Counted from the first letter of the stretch, positions 12,136-26,531 are shown. The stretch is DNA of 64,000 bases from Mobula hypostoma (GCF_963921235.1 NC_086109.1:17734001-17798000), one strand, 5' to 3'. Notes: generated by a model not told the origin, from the sequence alone. Numbers and translations: made by a program.

Positions 12136-12854
12136 GATTTACCCCAGTCATAAATTTGTTCATGATTACTATACAAACTTTTAATGTCTTATGTTGTTAC
12201 TGTGCTCACTATTTTCGAGAGATTTTTCATCAGACAGAGAGAGTGAGAGATGGTGAGATGGAGCTTGGAGTCATGAATTTATCGGTAGAAGCTAACTTTA
12301 TTTCCTTCAATAATGCAATGGTGTCTCAAGGGTTTGTGCAAAGATGAAAATTTGGGAGGGCATGGAAAGATTCCAGTGGGACTACAGAGTTAATGGTGTG
12401 GGTTGAAAAGTCATTGCAACTGATTATCTTGCTGTGCCTGATAGCTAAGGTACAATCAGTTTGTGATTTTATTCCCATTTTAACAAAATACTCCAATATA
12501 TTTATTTTAGATTAAATCAAAATTTATTATTTTTTGTTGCGAACATTACAATCACATTTGACTTGGAGGGAATGCAGAGATGGTTCACCAGACTGATATA
12601 TACAGAGGCAGGTCTGTTCGATTAGCAGAGAACAAATCGACTAGATTTTTGTTCACTAGAACTTAAAACAATGAGTGAAGATCTCATTGAAACATTCATT
12701 GACTCTTAGATAGGTAAATGGAGCTTAGAAAAATAGAGGGCTATGTGGCAGGGAAATTCTAGGCAGCTTCGAGAGTAGGTTACAAGGTTAGCACAACAAT
12801 GTGGGCTGAAGGGCCTGTAATGTGCTGTAGGTTTTCTGTGTCCTATGTTCTGTG

Positions 12855-13297
12855 GTCAAGATGTTCAGTTGTTATCCAGACCAAACGTCAGAATGGTGAA
12901 GAAATGTGATATAAGTGACTTTGACTGTGGAATAATAGTTGGTGCCAGACGGGGTGGTTTGATTTATCTCAGAAACTGCTGATCTCCTTGGATTTTCATG
13001 TACAACAGTCTCTACCATTTACAGAGTAGTGCCAAAAAACAAAAAAAAATCCAGTGAGCGGCAGTTCTGTGGGTGTAAATGTATGATTAATGAGAATGGC
13101 CAGAATGGTTCAAACGGTCAGGAAGGCGACAGTAACTCAGATAACCATGTGTGACAACAGTGGTGTGTAGAAGAGCATCTCTGAATACAAAACATAGATC
13201 CTTGAATTGGATGGGCTACAGCAGCAGAAGACTACGAGCATACATCCAGTGGCCACTTTATTAGGTACAGGAGGTATCTAATAAAGTGGTCAATGCA
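12855..13297 (+). mobile_element. Tc1-derived non-autonomous element (left end missing)
   Basis: Same internal sequence as 9208-9761 in the opposite orientation; right-end AATAAAGTGG motif present. Confidence 0.8.
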
Positions 13298-15292
13298 TAT
13301 ATACTTAAGCAGGGAGTGGAAAGTGTTCTGGACACAAAAGGTATTAAGGGGTATGGAGACAGAATGGAAATATAATATAGGAACAAAGGATCTGCCGAGA
13401 AGCATGCTTGAGTACAAAATTGCCTACTTTTAATTTTTCAATATTAATTCATATATAGCATCACAATAAATATCAATTAATGGCATTGACATCTGAAACA
13501 CAAGAATGAATTTATTAAAAGTTCAAGAACATTTATAACAACAAGTTTTGTGTCCTGAAAGTGAGTTAAATAAAAATCATGGGCTTCCCATTGTTCAAGA
13601 TGTAATGTCACAGAGCCTGTCTGCATCAGCTTTGTTCGTTCAGCACCTGCTCTTGTTTTAAAGTGCACCATCCAATTACACAGCAGGGGTTCTGACTTAC
13701 TGTAATAGCAGTGATCTGCACAATCATCATCAAGAAAGCTTCTTCAAATACTAGAATAAAGTTAAAAGTATGTTACACTAACTAGCATTGCCTGGTGATT
13801 TAAATTGCAAATAAGGATTTTATGGGTAATCACCTTTGAGTCAGAGCATGCATAATTTAACATTTTCAGTACACAAATGTGAGCCCCTATTTCTTTACTG
13901 AAAACTGCATTGAAAATTAGGAAGAGACTCTGAATGCAAAGAGATAAGGTACTTAGAACATTTATTTTCTCCCTTTTGTGTATTTTTATTCAAATGAGAG
14001 GTAATAAAAAGTGTAACAAATGCCAATGGCTAAAGAACAAACTTATATAAACAAAATATTCAAATCAGGCAGCAGCTCCTAACATAGCATAATTCTATAA
14101 CATAACATAGTACAATGATTAAGTTCCTGGATGAGAATGCACTGCCCTGAACCATTGAACAGGTGTTTGGTCGCTATCAAAGCTGCTGAGCAATTTTAAT
14201 CCAGGCAATCAGCTCATTTGGCTAATATACCCGCAAGAAAACAAAGCTCAGTATTGTATATGGTGACATACATGTACTTTGATAGTAAATTTACTTTGAA
14301 TTTTGAACTTGAACCTATCAGAGATTTTCCCTTTGTTCTACTTATCCTTTCCTACTTCCTCCGCTACTGAAAACTATCCGGTTGTCTCTACTTCTCTGTT
14401 CAGATGAAGGGTCTCAGACTGATGTATTACCCCCCCGGTACCTAAGAAAGTAAGTTGCTTCCTTTTTTACTACCTCGATGTAATTATGCATGGCATGATC
14501 TAAGATGCATACAGAACAAAAGCTTTTCATTGAATCTTAGTACATGTTTCTCAATAACAAAGTTCTTTAGCTATTGAGGGAAGATGGTTAAAGAACACTC
14601 CCATGATGATCAACCCTGTGATATTCATCAGATTATCTCCCTGAAGGATTCTTCATTGCTGTTTCCAGAACAATTTTGTTTTACCAGTCAAGGTTGTTAA
14701 TCAGCGACGTAACGGGCAGTAACACCTCCCTGATGTATCCCAGCTGGATATTTCTCCCAGCCCACAGATAATCACGATTACATCTCTGGGGACACCTGGC
14801 ACATTCTACCCTTCACAGGCACAGTAAGCGAGGTGTGAATCTATGGTGGTTATTTATCTCTGCCCAGATTATAATGTCAGCATGGACGCCCTCTGCTGTT
14901 GGAGCCTTGCTGTTCTCTTGTTGGCATACAGCTTTTTCAAAGATATAGGGAACTGGCAAGTACCCCACAGAGCAGAGAAAAGATTTAATGGAATGTTCCA
15001 AGAATGAGGGACTTCAGATATATGGATGAGTCAGAAAATCTGTGGATTCTTCTCCTTAATTGCTGAGAAAGGTGGGTGTTGATTAGATAAAGTCTTCACA
15101 GAGAATCAGGTAACATTTTCAGCTGGAAGAAGGGACAAGAGTCATAGAACAGAGATTTAAGGTGTTGGAATTTGCTTTGTCTCCTTTCCTGAAAATCACC
15201 CCAGTAACCTTCACGTTTAACAGACTATGCTTAATAACTTCTGCCACTTTCAAACACAATACAACCATCAGATATAATTTCATTTGTGTTTG

Positions 15293-15923
15293 TGATATCG
15301 TATTTGTGAAGTAGGATGCTGTGCACAATCCTGATTTGATGGAGACAGACATGAGAAGCACAGAGGAACATCTGGAGAAACTTCTGAAATTCCTGCTTCG
15401 CTGCTGCTACTGTGCCATCGAGAACCTCCAGAGGGGAAGGCCTCAAATCCTCGGCTTTGCCAATTGCCTGTTGCCGGGGCCGGGGTCGAAGCGCTCGGCA
15501 GAGATGGTGCTCGTTGTCGGAGGGCTGGTCAGAAGCTCGAGGTTTTTGGAAGGATTCAAGAGTCAGCTGTGCTCGGGGTGCTTCCAGTGTGCTGCATCGG
15601 CAAGTTTGCGGCACTGGAAGCTCATGGCAAGAAGAGAGTTTTTCTTCCTTCTACCGTCTGCGTGAGATGATGGGACTTTTGAGAGACTTTGAGATTTTTT
15701 TTTTACCGTGCCCATGGTCTGTTCTTCTATCAAATTACAGTGTTGCTTTGCACTGTTGCAACTATATGTTATAATTATGCGGTTTTTGTCAGTTTTTTTA
15801 GTCTTGGTTTGTCTTGTTTCTGTGATATCATTCTGGAGGAACAAATTGTATCATTTCTTAATGCATGTATTACTGAATGACAATAAAAGAGACTGCGTGT
15901 CCTCACAATCTAATAATCTAATC
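15293..15923 (+). mobile_element. Non-autonomous LINE-derived retroposon (5'-truncated copy)
   Basis: Aligns in reverse with 20273-20951; ends AATAAAAGAG..CTGCGTGTCCTC with a (TAATC)n tail. Confidence 0.75.
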
Positions 15924-17090
15924 GTCTGCTTTCACATTCAAAAGGTTAAGTTCCCCCTACAAGTCCTCCACTTTCACCACTATCCACTGCTCCTTTGACT
16001 GCTACCAATGCAATGGTAGGTGATTTGAAAAAAACTACCCCTTTGCCTTCTTCCTTTCCTAGGGACCACAGATCTAGAAACTCCTTCAAGATGAAGCAGT
16101 AATGATGTCTTCCAGTTCACTGTATTGCACTTGGTAGTTACAATGTGGTCTCCTCTTTACTGGAGAACTTAAACGCAGGTAGACAGGCCACTCTGCAGAA
16201 CAGCTTTGTTTGGAATGCAAGGGTGATCCTGAGCCTCCAGCTTTGATTCTACCTCCCACACTGACCTCTGTCTTTACTGCTTGATTTGTTTAACTGAGGC
16301 CCAAGAATAAGCTCAAGAAACAATCATTGTCTTGACGAATAATTTTATGCCCTTCTGGCCTCGGTGTTGCAATCAACAACTCATCTTTCTGTTATGTATC
16401 CCCATCAAAAAAAAAATCAACAAGACAAAGCATTGTCTTTTTTTGTCTCTCCATGGATGCCATGAGTAATGTTTAGTGTTGTGGTTTATTTCAAATTTCT
16501 AGCATCTGCCCTGTCTTATCTCACAATCGCAGTTCTTGTTATCTTACTGCAACCCACACATGAAATTCTGAAAGAACTGAGCAGGGCAAGCAGCAATGAA
16601 GGGCAGAGCAGATCAGGCATCTTCCTTTCCAGTACTGATGAAATGCCTCAGTCCAAAATGTCAGCTATTCATTTCCCTCCATAGATGGTGCCTGACTTGC
16701 TGAGTTCTTCCAGCAATTTGCATGTATAGCAACACACCCTGTCTAAAATGCAAGCAGAATCAATTACTGCTTTTGATATGAAATTGTATACTTCAAGAAA
16801 CAAATTGCATCACCACTGAAACTGTGAATGGGTTGCAATTTCAGAAAGCAGTCTAAATGGCCTCCTTCCATTGTGTAGCAATACTAGTTTTAAAATGCAA
16901 AACATATATTTTGCATTTTCAAGCAGGGGCTATAATTTTAAGGTGATTGGAGGGAAATATAAGGTGATGCCAGAGGTATTTTACACCAAGAGAGGTAGGT
17001 GCATAGAATACCCTGGCAGGGGTGCAGATAGAGGCAGATATATGAGGGACATTTAAGATAGGAATGTTGATAATAGATAATGAAGGGCTA

Positions 17091-17612
17091 TATTCAGTGG
17101 CCACATTATTAGGCACAGGAATGCAACCCAGTGTGGTCTTCTGCTGTAGCCCATCCACCTCAAGGCTCAATACATTGTGCTTCGGAGAAGCTCTCCTGCA
17201 CACTGCTGTTATAATGTGTGGTTGTTTTGAGTTATTGTCGCCTTCCTATCAGCTTGAACCAGTCTGGCCATTCTCCTCTGTCTCATTAACAATGCATTTT
17301 CACCCACAGAACTGCCTCTCACTGAATGTTTTCTGTTTTTCATACCACTCTCTATAAACCTTAGAGAAAATCCCAGGAGACTGCAGTTTCTGAGATACTC
17401 AAACCACCCTGTCTTGCACCAGCAATTATTCAGTGGTCAAAGTCACTTAGGTGACATTTCTTCCTCATTCTGATGTTTGGTCTGAACAACAACTGAACCT
17501 CTCAATCATGTCTGCATGCTTTTATGCTTTGAGTTGCTGGTGTGTGATTGGCTGATTAGATATTTGCATTAATAAGGTGGACATGTGAACCTAATAAAGT
17601 GGTCACTAGGTG
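17091..17612 (-). mobile_element. Tc1-derived non-autonomous element
   Basis: TA flanks, same TIRs and internal sequence as 9208-9761; lies among CR1 3' fragments (about 16920-18325). Confidence 0.85.
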
Positions 17613-18001
17613 TATATTTTGTATTATAAAATGCGGGGGGGGGGTGTGATTTTAAGGTGATTGGAGGAAAGTATAGGGAGATGCAGAGCTAGGTATTTTA
17701 CACAGAGTGTTGGGTGTGTGTGGAATGCTCTGCCAGGGTGATGGTGGAGTCAGATACATCAGCAACATTTAAGAGACTTTGATAGGCACATTTATTTAAT
17801 TTTATTTAACGATATAGCATGGAGTAGGTCCTTCCAGCCCTTGGAGCTACACCACCCCAGCAACCCCATAAACCCTAACCTAATCATGGGACAATTTACA
17901 AAGACCAATTAACCATGGATGATAGAAAAATGGAACACTATGTGGGAGGCAAGAGTTGGATTGTTCTTAAGAGTAGGTTAAAAGGTTGGCACAACATTGT
18001 T

Positions 18002-18237
18002 TAATTTATTTATTTAGTGATGTAGCACGGTTACAGACGCTTCTAGCCCAGCAAGCTTGTGGTGTCCAATTTCACCAATGTGACTAATTCACCTACTAAC
18101 CCACGCATCTTTGGAATGTGAGAGGAAGCCCATGTGGCCACAGGGAGAACATACCAACTCCTCACAGACAGTGATGGGAGATGAACTCTGACCACTACTG
18201 CTGTAGAGTGTCATATTAACCACCACATTACCGTGCC
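18002..18237 (-). mobile_element. V-SINE (HE1-like) copy
   Basis: Colinear similarity to 7892-8128. Confidence 0.65.
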
Positions 18238-19552
18238 TCTCCGCCTCCTTCACTCCAGGAAAAAACAGTCCCAGCCATTGTGGGCCAAAGGGCTTGTTCT
18301 GTGCTGTACTGTTCTATGTTCTATACCCAAAAGAGATCAAAATCATTACACCATCACTGCATGTCTTTTCCAAATACAGGCCAACCACTAATCTCACTGC
18401 ACCCTTGATCTCACTACTATTTTAAAGTTAAAACAGCATTTTGCAGCTCAAATAAGGAGAGCATATCTGAATGCTGACAATATCTCTTGCACTGAAGTAC
18501 CATATCCTGGTCATCCAGATCAGAACCTGCATTTGGGATGTGGCAAATAACAGCTCTTGTGCATTGAAACAATTTTACCACATTATTCAGTTCATTTAAT
18601 AAGACGAAGAATCTGTTTCACTTGAGTGCATGTGGAAAGTATAGTAATTAAGCATCACTAATGTGGTGCAGTCTCTGTATCAATTGTGAAGGACAGTGTT
18701 TTAAAATTAGTTATGGATAAATATGACTGGTCTTTTCCTGTTCCAAAATAGTTCTCATTTTTATATACCCACTTACCTTTGCATTATTTATCTTCTTTGA
18801 ATACATATCTATACAGTAAATTTGAATATTGCTTTAATAATTTCCCTGATAATTTAGTCCCCTCTTTCATTCTAAGTGAAGAGATTCCTAGTGAAATAAA
18901 TTTTTGAACTTAAACATGCCCTTTTTAAGCTGTAATATTTCCTTCCCCGTCCTGACAAACTTGGTTCCCACTGAAGCCACACTAAAAGTTACTGATCAGC
19001 ACCCACAAAAATGCCAGTATTAAAACTAATACGGATGGCAAAATCCGGGATAATATGGTCATTAAAGTTGCAGTAAGTGCATCACCACTGTGAGCTTTAC
19101 TATTTATAGTGTCATGAGTTCTCTTCGAGACAAATCCCTATGGTAATCATTGAATGAACCAATTTAAATTGCTTCGGGCTGACAAAGTAGTCTTAAACCA
19201 TTTACTAGTTTGATTAATCTAAGCCAGAATGCTTGAGGTTACAGCTCAGAAGTTATTATGTTTTGCAAAAATTTACTGGCTCTTCATTGTACAATTACAG
19301 TTATTAATTGCATATATTAACCCATAGACAAAATTATAAATACTTATAGTAAAATTGGTTTAATTTAATTAAAAATTTTTAGGTCCCTTCACTGGAAACT
19401 TCACTCCACATCCTAAGTGCTCACAAGCTTGAAAGGTACTTAAATGTTTCTCTTAACTTCATAAATTTTGGTTGTTCTCTTTCAGAATTGGACCAAATAT
19501 CCACTTGTTTACACCCTTCATGATTTTATGAAAGCACTCATAAGGTCACATT

Positions 19553-19777
19553 TTTATTTAGCTTATAATACGATTATAGGACCTTCTAGCCCAAGCCCAT
19601 GCTGTCCAATTACAGCCACGTGACCCATTACCTACTAACCTGTGCATCTTTGTAATGTGGGAGGAAGCCAGGAAGGCCATGTGGTCATGGGGAGAATGTA
19701 CAAACTCCTTACAGGCAGCAGTGGGAAATAAACTCTGGTTGCTAGCACTGTAATGCATTACACTAACCACCATGCCT
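19553..19777 (-). mobile_element. V-SINE (HE1-like) copy
   Basis: Colinear similarity to 7892-8128. Confidence 0.65.
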
Positions 19778-20272
19778 CACAGGCTCCTTCATTCCCGGGA
19801 AAACGGTCCCAGCCCATCCAGTTTTCCTCACAACTCAAGCTTTCCAATCCCAACGACTTCCTTGCAAATCTCTTCTGCACCCTCTCTAGCTTACTTACAC
19901 CAGAAATGCACACAATATTTCAGGTGTAGCATCACTGCAGCTGTAAGTGACATGCCAACTAATGTACTAAGTACAAAATGGAGCCTTTCCTAGGCTGCAA
20001 GCAAATACAATTTTAAAGCACCTTAAACAGGATTCTAATTGCTAGCAATCGCCTACAGTGTAGCATGCAATTTTTCATTCCTTTGTTTAACCCTACACCA
20101 AATACAGTTCTGATCTCAGGGAAACCTAAATGATTCTGAAATAAGGATATACATGCCAAAAAAATGGTACACACTGAATGTGCAGGTCTCCAAGCAACCA
20201 CTGTTCATAAGAAATACTTCCACATCTTCCTTGTTCCAGCATGCAAGGCAATTCTAGAGCAAATGATATTTG

Positions 20273-20951
20273 GATTAGATTATATTATGAGGACATGCAG
20301 TCCTCTTTTATTGTCATTTAGTAATGCATGCATTAAGAAATGATACAATGTTCCTCCAGTATGATATCACAGAAACACAAGACAAACCAAGACTGAAAAA
20401 CTGACAAAAACCACATAATTATAACATATAGTTACAACAGTGCAAAGCAATACCGTAATTTGACAAAGAACAGACCATGGACATGACAAAAAAAGTCTCA
20501 AAGTCTCTCAAAAGTCCCATCATGTAACGCAGACAGTAGAAGGAAGAAAAATTCTCCCTGCCATGAACGTCCAGTGCCGCAAACTTGCCGATGCAGCACC
20601 CTGGAAGCACCCAACCACAGCCGACTCGAGTCCGTCCAAAAACTTCGAGCCTCCGACCAGCCCTCCGACACCGTGCACCATATCTGCCGAACGCTTCGAC
20701 TCTAGCCCCGGCAACAGGCAATAGGCAAAGCCGAGGATTTGGGGCATTCCTCTCTGGAGATCCTCGATCGCACAGTAGCAGTGGCAGCAAAACGGGCATT
20801 TCAGAAGTTTCTCCGGATGTTCCTCCGTGTTTCTCACATCTGTCTCCATCAAATCACGATTGTGCATGGTACCTATTTAACAAATACCGATATCATTTTG
20901 GAGCAGCCGCGCGTGCTGCGTCGCACCGCCATCTTCTCCTCCCCTCCCCCC
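20273..20951 (-). mobile_element. Non-autonomous LINE-derived retroposon (apparently full-length copy)
   Basis: 5' end GGAGGAGAAGATGGCGG, CpG-rich body and (TAATC)n tail; paralogous to 15293-15923. Confidence 0.75.
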
Positions 20952-22064
20952 ATCTTTTCTTATTGGATGAAAAAATATTGCCTCTGAAACGGTAAACACT
21001 TGCCATTGTTAGATATAGAGCCATTTCTTGTCAGATATTAGATATTGCATAATCATAAAGCAATCATGAATACCAGGTGTGTGCAGGTTTTATTCTCCAT
21101 TGCTCCTTGATTCCTTGGGTAGTCAGTGTGGCTCTTGAATCATAAGAACTAGAAAGTTCACCAATTTTACCTTTGGATTCCAGGGAGTAGATTGGTCAAG
21201 GTGAGAACATGATACCTATGTCTCAACAGCAAAGGGGGGCGGGGGGGGAAAGAGGTGTTGTGAAAAAAAAGGTAGCAACATTATGGTCATAATTACACTT
21301 CAGTCAAAAGCATTTTCAAGTGCACCTCTGACAAATTTTCTAAACATTATCAGTGTACAAATAATACTATAGTACAAATTTGGACAGTGCTCTGCAGTCA
21401 AATTCAATGCAAGCGCATACCTTTAAAAAGAGACCCCTTGGGCAAAATAACATTATGCCACTGGCATTTGTTCCATATTTCAATCTTGAGAAATGAGAGG
21501 CATCTCAGAAAAAGGATATCTGCAAAAGTTGAAAAAAAATTCACAAAGATCCAGTGAACAGATTAGCTGCCTGCACTTCTAATATTTTGTAGAGAAGCAT
21601 GTACAATTTTGTAAGTCCATGATACACAGTAGAATTTTATAGATACTAGAAATCTGGAAAAAGGGAAATGTTAAAAAATTCAGGGGGTTAGGCTGCAAAA
21701 TGGAGAGGGGAAAAATAATTCACCAGAACTAGAATGTTAAGAGAGCATTGATGGTGGGGTGCTGGGGCAGGTGCAGGAGCAGGGTGAAAATGGTAAGGAA
21801 GTATCCAAAAAGGCAAAGTTTTTAGGAAGATAGAATGCTGGAAAGGTTAACAAAGCATAAATATGTAACAACAAAATTTGGTGGCAAGTTGACAAGAATT
21901 AATAGATTACAAGTGTATTAAGAGTTAAAAAATGTTAATATGAGGAATCTGTAATTTAAAAATATTTTCAAATTGTTCAGGGTCCCAGCAGGTAAAGTAC
22001 TGTTAGAAAGAACAGATGTTGGTTGTGATTCAAGAATGAAGAATGGCAGGGGGTGGTGGGAGTC

Positions 22065-22725
22065 TCTTCAGCTCTCAAGTGGCTGCACAGATGGGTGATA
22101 AAGGCAGCATATGGCAGGTTGGCCTTTATTAGTCAAGGAATCGAGTTCAAGAGTTGGGAAGCTATGTTGGAGCTTTATAAAACTCTAGTTAGACCACATA
22201 TGGCATATTACATTCAATTTTGGTCGACCCATTATAAAAAGAAGAGGCTTTGGAGAGGGTGCAGAACATTTTCTGGGTAACAGGGGATGTGCCATAAGGA
22301 AAGGTTGGACAAACTTAGGTTGCTTTTTCTGCAGCAGCAGAGGCTGAGGGGAGATCTGATAGTTGGTTTAAGATTATGAAAGGCATAGATAAAATAGACA
22401 GCCAGTATTCTCTCCACAGGGTCAAAATGCCTGAAGGCATGTGTTTACAGTGATGGGGGCAAGTTCATAAGGAACTGTGGGCAATTTAAAAAAAAAGGAT
22501 ATTAACATAGACGGCAGTGGGTGTCTAAAATGCACTGCCTGGGTGGTTTTGGAGAAAAATGCAAAATATGTTCAAGAAGCTCTTAGATAGGCAAATGAAA
22601 TTAGATAGGTAATGAAATGATAGAGAACATTGTACAGACAGGCTTAGTTTAATTGGGCATTTGATTACTAATTTAGCTAGTTCAGCAAAACATCGAGGGC
22701 CAAAGGGCTTGTTCTGTGTTCTAGA
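22065..22725 (+). mobile_element. Decayed CR1 3' fragment
   Basis: AYGRLAFISQGIEFKSWEAMLELYKTLVRPHMAYYIQFWS remnant. Confidence 0.85.
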
Positions 22726-22879
22726 ATAATCAAAATAAATGGAGAGCAAGAAATTATATCTTATTTTGGTATATTGAGGAGTTATGCATGGGAGAGTATA
22801 TTCTATTAAATATGAATACTGGTGTGAAGTTAAGAATTAAATGTTGATTTATGTATGAATGCTCTACCCCTGTCTAAGA

Positions 22880-22964
22880 CACGAGATCATACACCCAACC
22901 ACACAGAGTGAAGATGCAATTTAAATATACAAATTTTATTTAAATTTGGATAAGAAACTTTAAT
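22880..22964 (-). terminator. Candidate polyadenylation signal
   Basis: Minus-strand ATTAAA (22964-22959) and AATAAA (22940-22935), followed by a GU-rich tract (ctctgtgtggttgggtgt, about 22908-22891). Confidence 0.55.
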
Positions 22965-25900
22965 AAGGCACATTCAAAACAGAGCTGGTGTTACATTTAA
23001 AAAGTTTCCAACAGCGCATTTTAGAAAGAAATACCATCATATGAAAGCAGTGCAAAACATTTGAAATGTAACCTGCTAGCCAAACAGATGAAACAAGTTG
23101 CTATTTTACAGATCCTACTTATGGTCTGAAGTTTAGTAAAACAGACCCAATCCTGATTACATTTGCAGCTCTCTACAAGTTTATCCATGGTACTGTTCAT
23201 AAGCCACTCAAAATTAATCTGAAACTAGCAACAATTCTAGAAAGTAACATCAGAAAAAAGTTGTGTTTGGTAACATTTCAAACATGGATGAATGTTGCAC
23301 GTATCAACATGATGAATTCAAAATATCCAAAGGCACATTATGTAACAGGAATTCCCCACCCATTGTTAAGTACTTAAATCCCCATTTTTCAAACTACTGC
23401 TGTCCATGTCAGTGAAAATAACAGTTTCCAAACCTGAAAAGTATCAATTGTTAATCTCCAACAGGATATAGTTCATTCTTGGATACACCTGCAAACTTAA
23501 GTACAAATTCTCTGTAAGCACTTAAAAATTTAGAGATTTTGCAGGTCAGTAATGCCACAGCATTATAGATGAAAGCAGAGTACAACGTCTCTACCTTAGA
23601 TTTGAGAACAATCTGTATGCAGATTGTAAAATTTCTGCTCCAATGGTTTAATGAATTAAAACTCACAGATGTGAAGTGTTTTTAAGACTGAATGTGTATG
23701 AAATTGGTAGATTACCCCTTTAGAAACACAAAATAGACTACCCTTATTCTTACTGAGATTTAATACTGTTGAGGATTCTTAATGTTTTTTCCTCATTTTC
23801 CCCACATAAAACGTAAAATATTATGACAGCTCACCATGAATTAAAATTGATCTGGGTAACTTAAAAAAGCCAACTTCAAAGGATCTTGTTTCCAGCAGTC
23901 AACTAGTACTTTCTTTCTAAATTGGCTACAAAATCTAAATAAGCCATAGTTAAAACTATTTTACAATTAAAAATTTAGTAGTATTCAATACATACTGTAA
24001 AGAAAACAAATTCACACAAATCACAAAAGGATGTGAAGTAAAGAATAAAGATTTTAGGATTAACAATGAAGTTGCCATGCCTCTAGCATATAAAGCTGTA
24101 TCCAAAGTTCAATGTGCATTATTTATACCATGCATCATTAACATGAGTTATAATAGTTGTCTCATTGAGGGGAAATTAAATATTTTTTTGAAAAACAAAG
24201 AAACCTTTCAAAATTGTTGTTCTAAAAGCACTTCCTAAAAAGGGCAGGTTTTAGTTCATTTTTAAATCAATTTTTAAATACTTGGAATGATAATTTGGAA
24301 ATATGAAGTTCGACCACTTTACACAAGATGCACATGCAGTCATGAATGTTAAATTTATTTTCAAGCTGGTAAAATATCAGCTTAACTTGTGGATAAAAGT
24401 TGTTCGTCAATATTAGCAAAAAGTTATTTGGTGGGAAGGAAACCCAGAAAAACAGGAAATTTTAAAAACTAAAGCAGGAAGCCCCAATGAGTGCTGTATC
24501 TTGGTTTACTAATATCAAACAGTCTTCAAAAATGGAAATGTATTGTTCTTAATTTCACATTTTGCACAGACATGCAAAGAACCAGTATGTGTTAATGAGA
24601 TCATGAAAATTTATACAAGGCAAAATGTACATGAATACTTTGGAGAGAGATCAGTTCTGGTAAACCTTACATCCCTATGCTGCATATGACTGTGTACCAC
24701 GACTAGAAACCCCAAACAAAAATACCTCTTAAACCCAGTGCCCTCAACATCCATGCTACTTGGCAATACATAACTCTCTGAAGAACAAAAGCTCAAGACA
24801 TCAGGCTGACTAATGCCTTATCCATTAATATTAGGATATTAAACTATAGGAGTTTAAAGATTCCAGGGTCTTACACAGTTTCCCAGAAGGGGAACTCTTA
24901 CTGGAAACTAACTTCTCTACAAGACTGTCCAAATTGAGATCTGATTTGAACTTTGATATGGCTTCAGATTTTAACTGAAAGCAAAGTGCTGTAATTAAAC
25001 CCATAACACAGAATTTGTATATAATCATATGCTTTCAAAATAAACAACAACTCTCTCTTTAAAACAAGTGGAGTTTCTAAAAATCGGCCAAGGATAAAGG
25101 TGGTGAATGTTCATTTTTTCCAGTGTCCTGGCACACCTTAACTGGAAGTTTAATGGAAACATTGGTGAGAACTGGTTGAATGGTCTTGTATTGTGCTGTG
25201 AATTTCTACTCTATATATATATATATATATTCAAGTATCTATTACTATATAGCCATTTTTGGAAAGGGGTACAAATAGACAGGTGACAATTATTTTCTCA
25301 CTGACCTGCTACAGTGCTTTAAGTATTTAGTAACATCTTTTGCTTATTTCTTATTTTCAGTCACCTACATTAACATTAATTAATCCTGATGCTACAAGGA
25401 TAAAAGTAGTTTGTTATGTTTATTCCAGAAAGTTACAAAAATAGAGATCAACAGCTCAAGAGATAGACAGAATATTCTGTTCATCAACTGATAAGTCAAG
25501 CAAAAGAGGCCAAAAGCTTGTAAAATAAAAGCACATCCTGAACTGGGATTTTAATATTGTGTGTGTAAAAAGGAACTGCTAAAATGGACAAACTGCTTCT
25601 ACTATGTTAAATGGTTAATAAATGAAAGACATGTAAAAATATATACACTTGACTAATAATTTTCAATTAAACCATGCAATAAATAAGTTGTTTAGAGTTA
25701 AATTAAAATTGCAATGGTTTTGATATTCATAAATGTATTAGCGGTCAAGGTCTGTCTGAACAAACAGCTTTAATATCCCTGTTAAGAGATTCACATACAT
25801 AAATTTAATAAATCTCTGAAAGAGCATGAAGTTTCGATAATTTAACCCACTTATATAAAAAAAACTACTTTGCCTTAAGAATACACAAGCTGGTACAAAG

Positions 25901-26531
25901 CTACAAATAGAATTGCCATTCTTATGTGTCATGCCAGCAATGATACACATGCAATATTCAAAATAAAAACATTCTAACTTCAGATTTTCCTGTCCAAAGA
26001 AACCCCACAGAATGACCAAAACAGGAAGTCAGTGGATGCAAGTAAATGGCAGATTGGATATTATAATTTGAAAGGAATCGTTTAACAATGAACTTGATAA
26101 ACATAAAACTAATATCTCTACCTTCGAGGAGTACTGACATTGTAACTTAACCCATCACCTGGGTACTTCAATAACTTTAGTGTCACGTTAATTAGATGAC
26201 CAGGCAGGCACTACAGAACACATTAAATTCATCTAGTCATTTCTTTCTCAAATTTAGTTTGAGCACATTAGTCAAGCCTTCTGTTTCCACCCATTACAAA
26301 TTCAATTGCTTCATCATTGTTTAACAAAGGGAAATGGGCCTGTGGGGTGACTGAGTGCAGGGGCCTGTATTTGAGGCTTTTTGTACAAACGTACGGGCAC
26401 TTAATGTACTGGTTAACATGGTAGGGCCCTCAGTTACTTTTAAAGCAGCAAAGCTCAAAAAGACTTCACTACTTTAAACCGCCTAATTCAGAGACTAATG
26501 CCATTCTCCACGTACATCTGCTCCATATTCT
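22915..26531 (-). other. Probable long 3'UTR of the LEM-domain gene
   Basis: About 3.6 kb of AT-rich sequence with almost no recognisable TE, running from the stop codon to a polyadenylation signal cluster. Confidence 0.55.
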
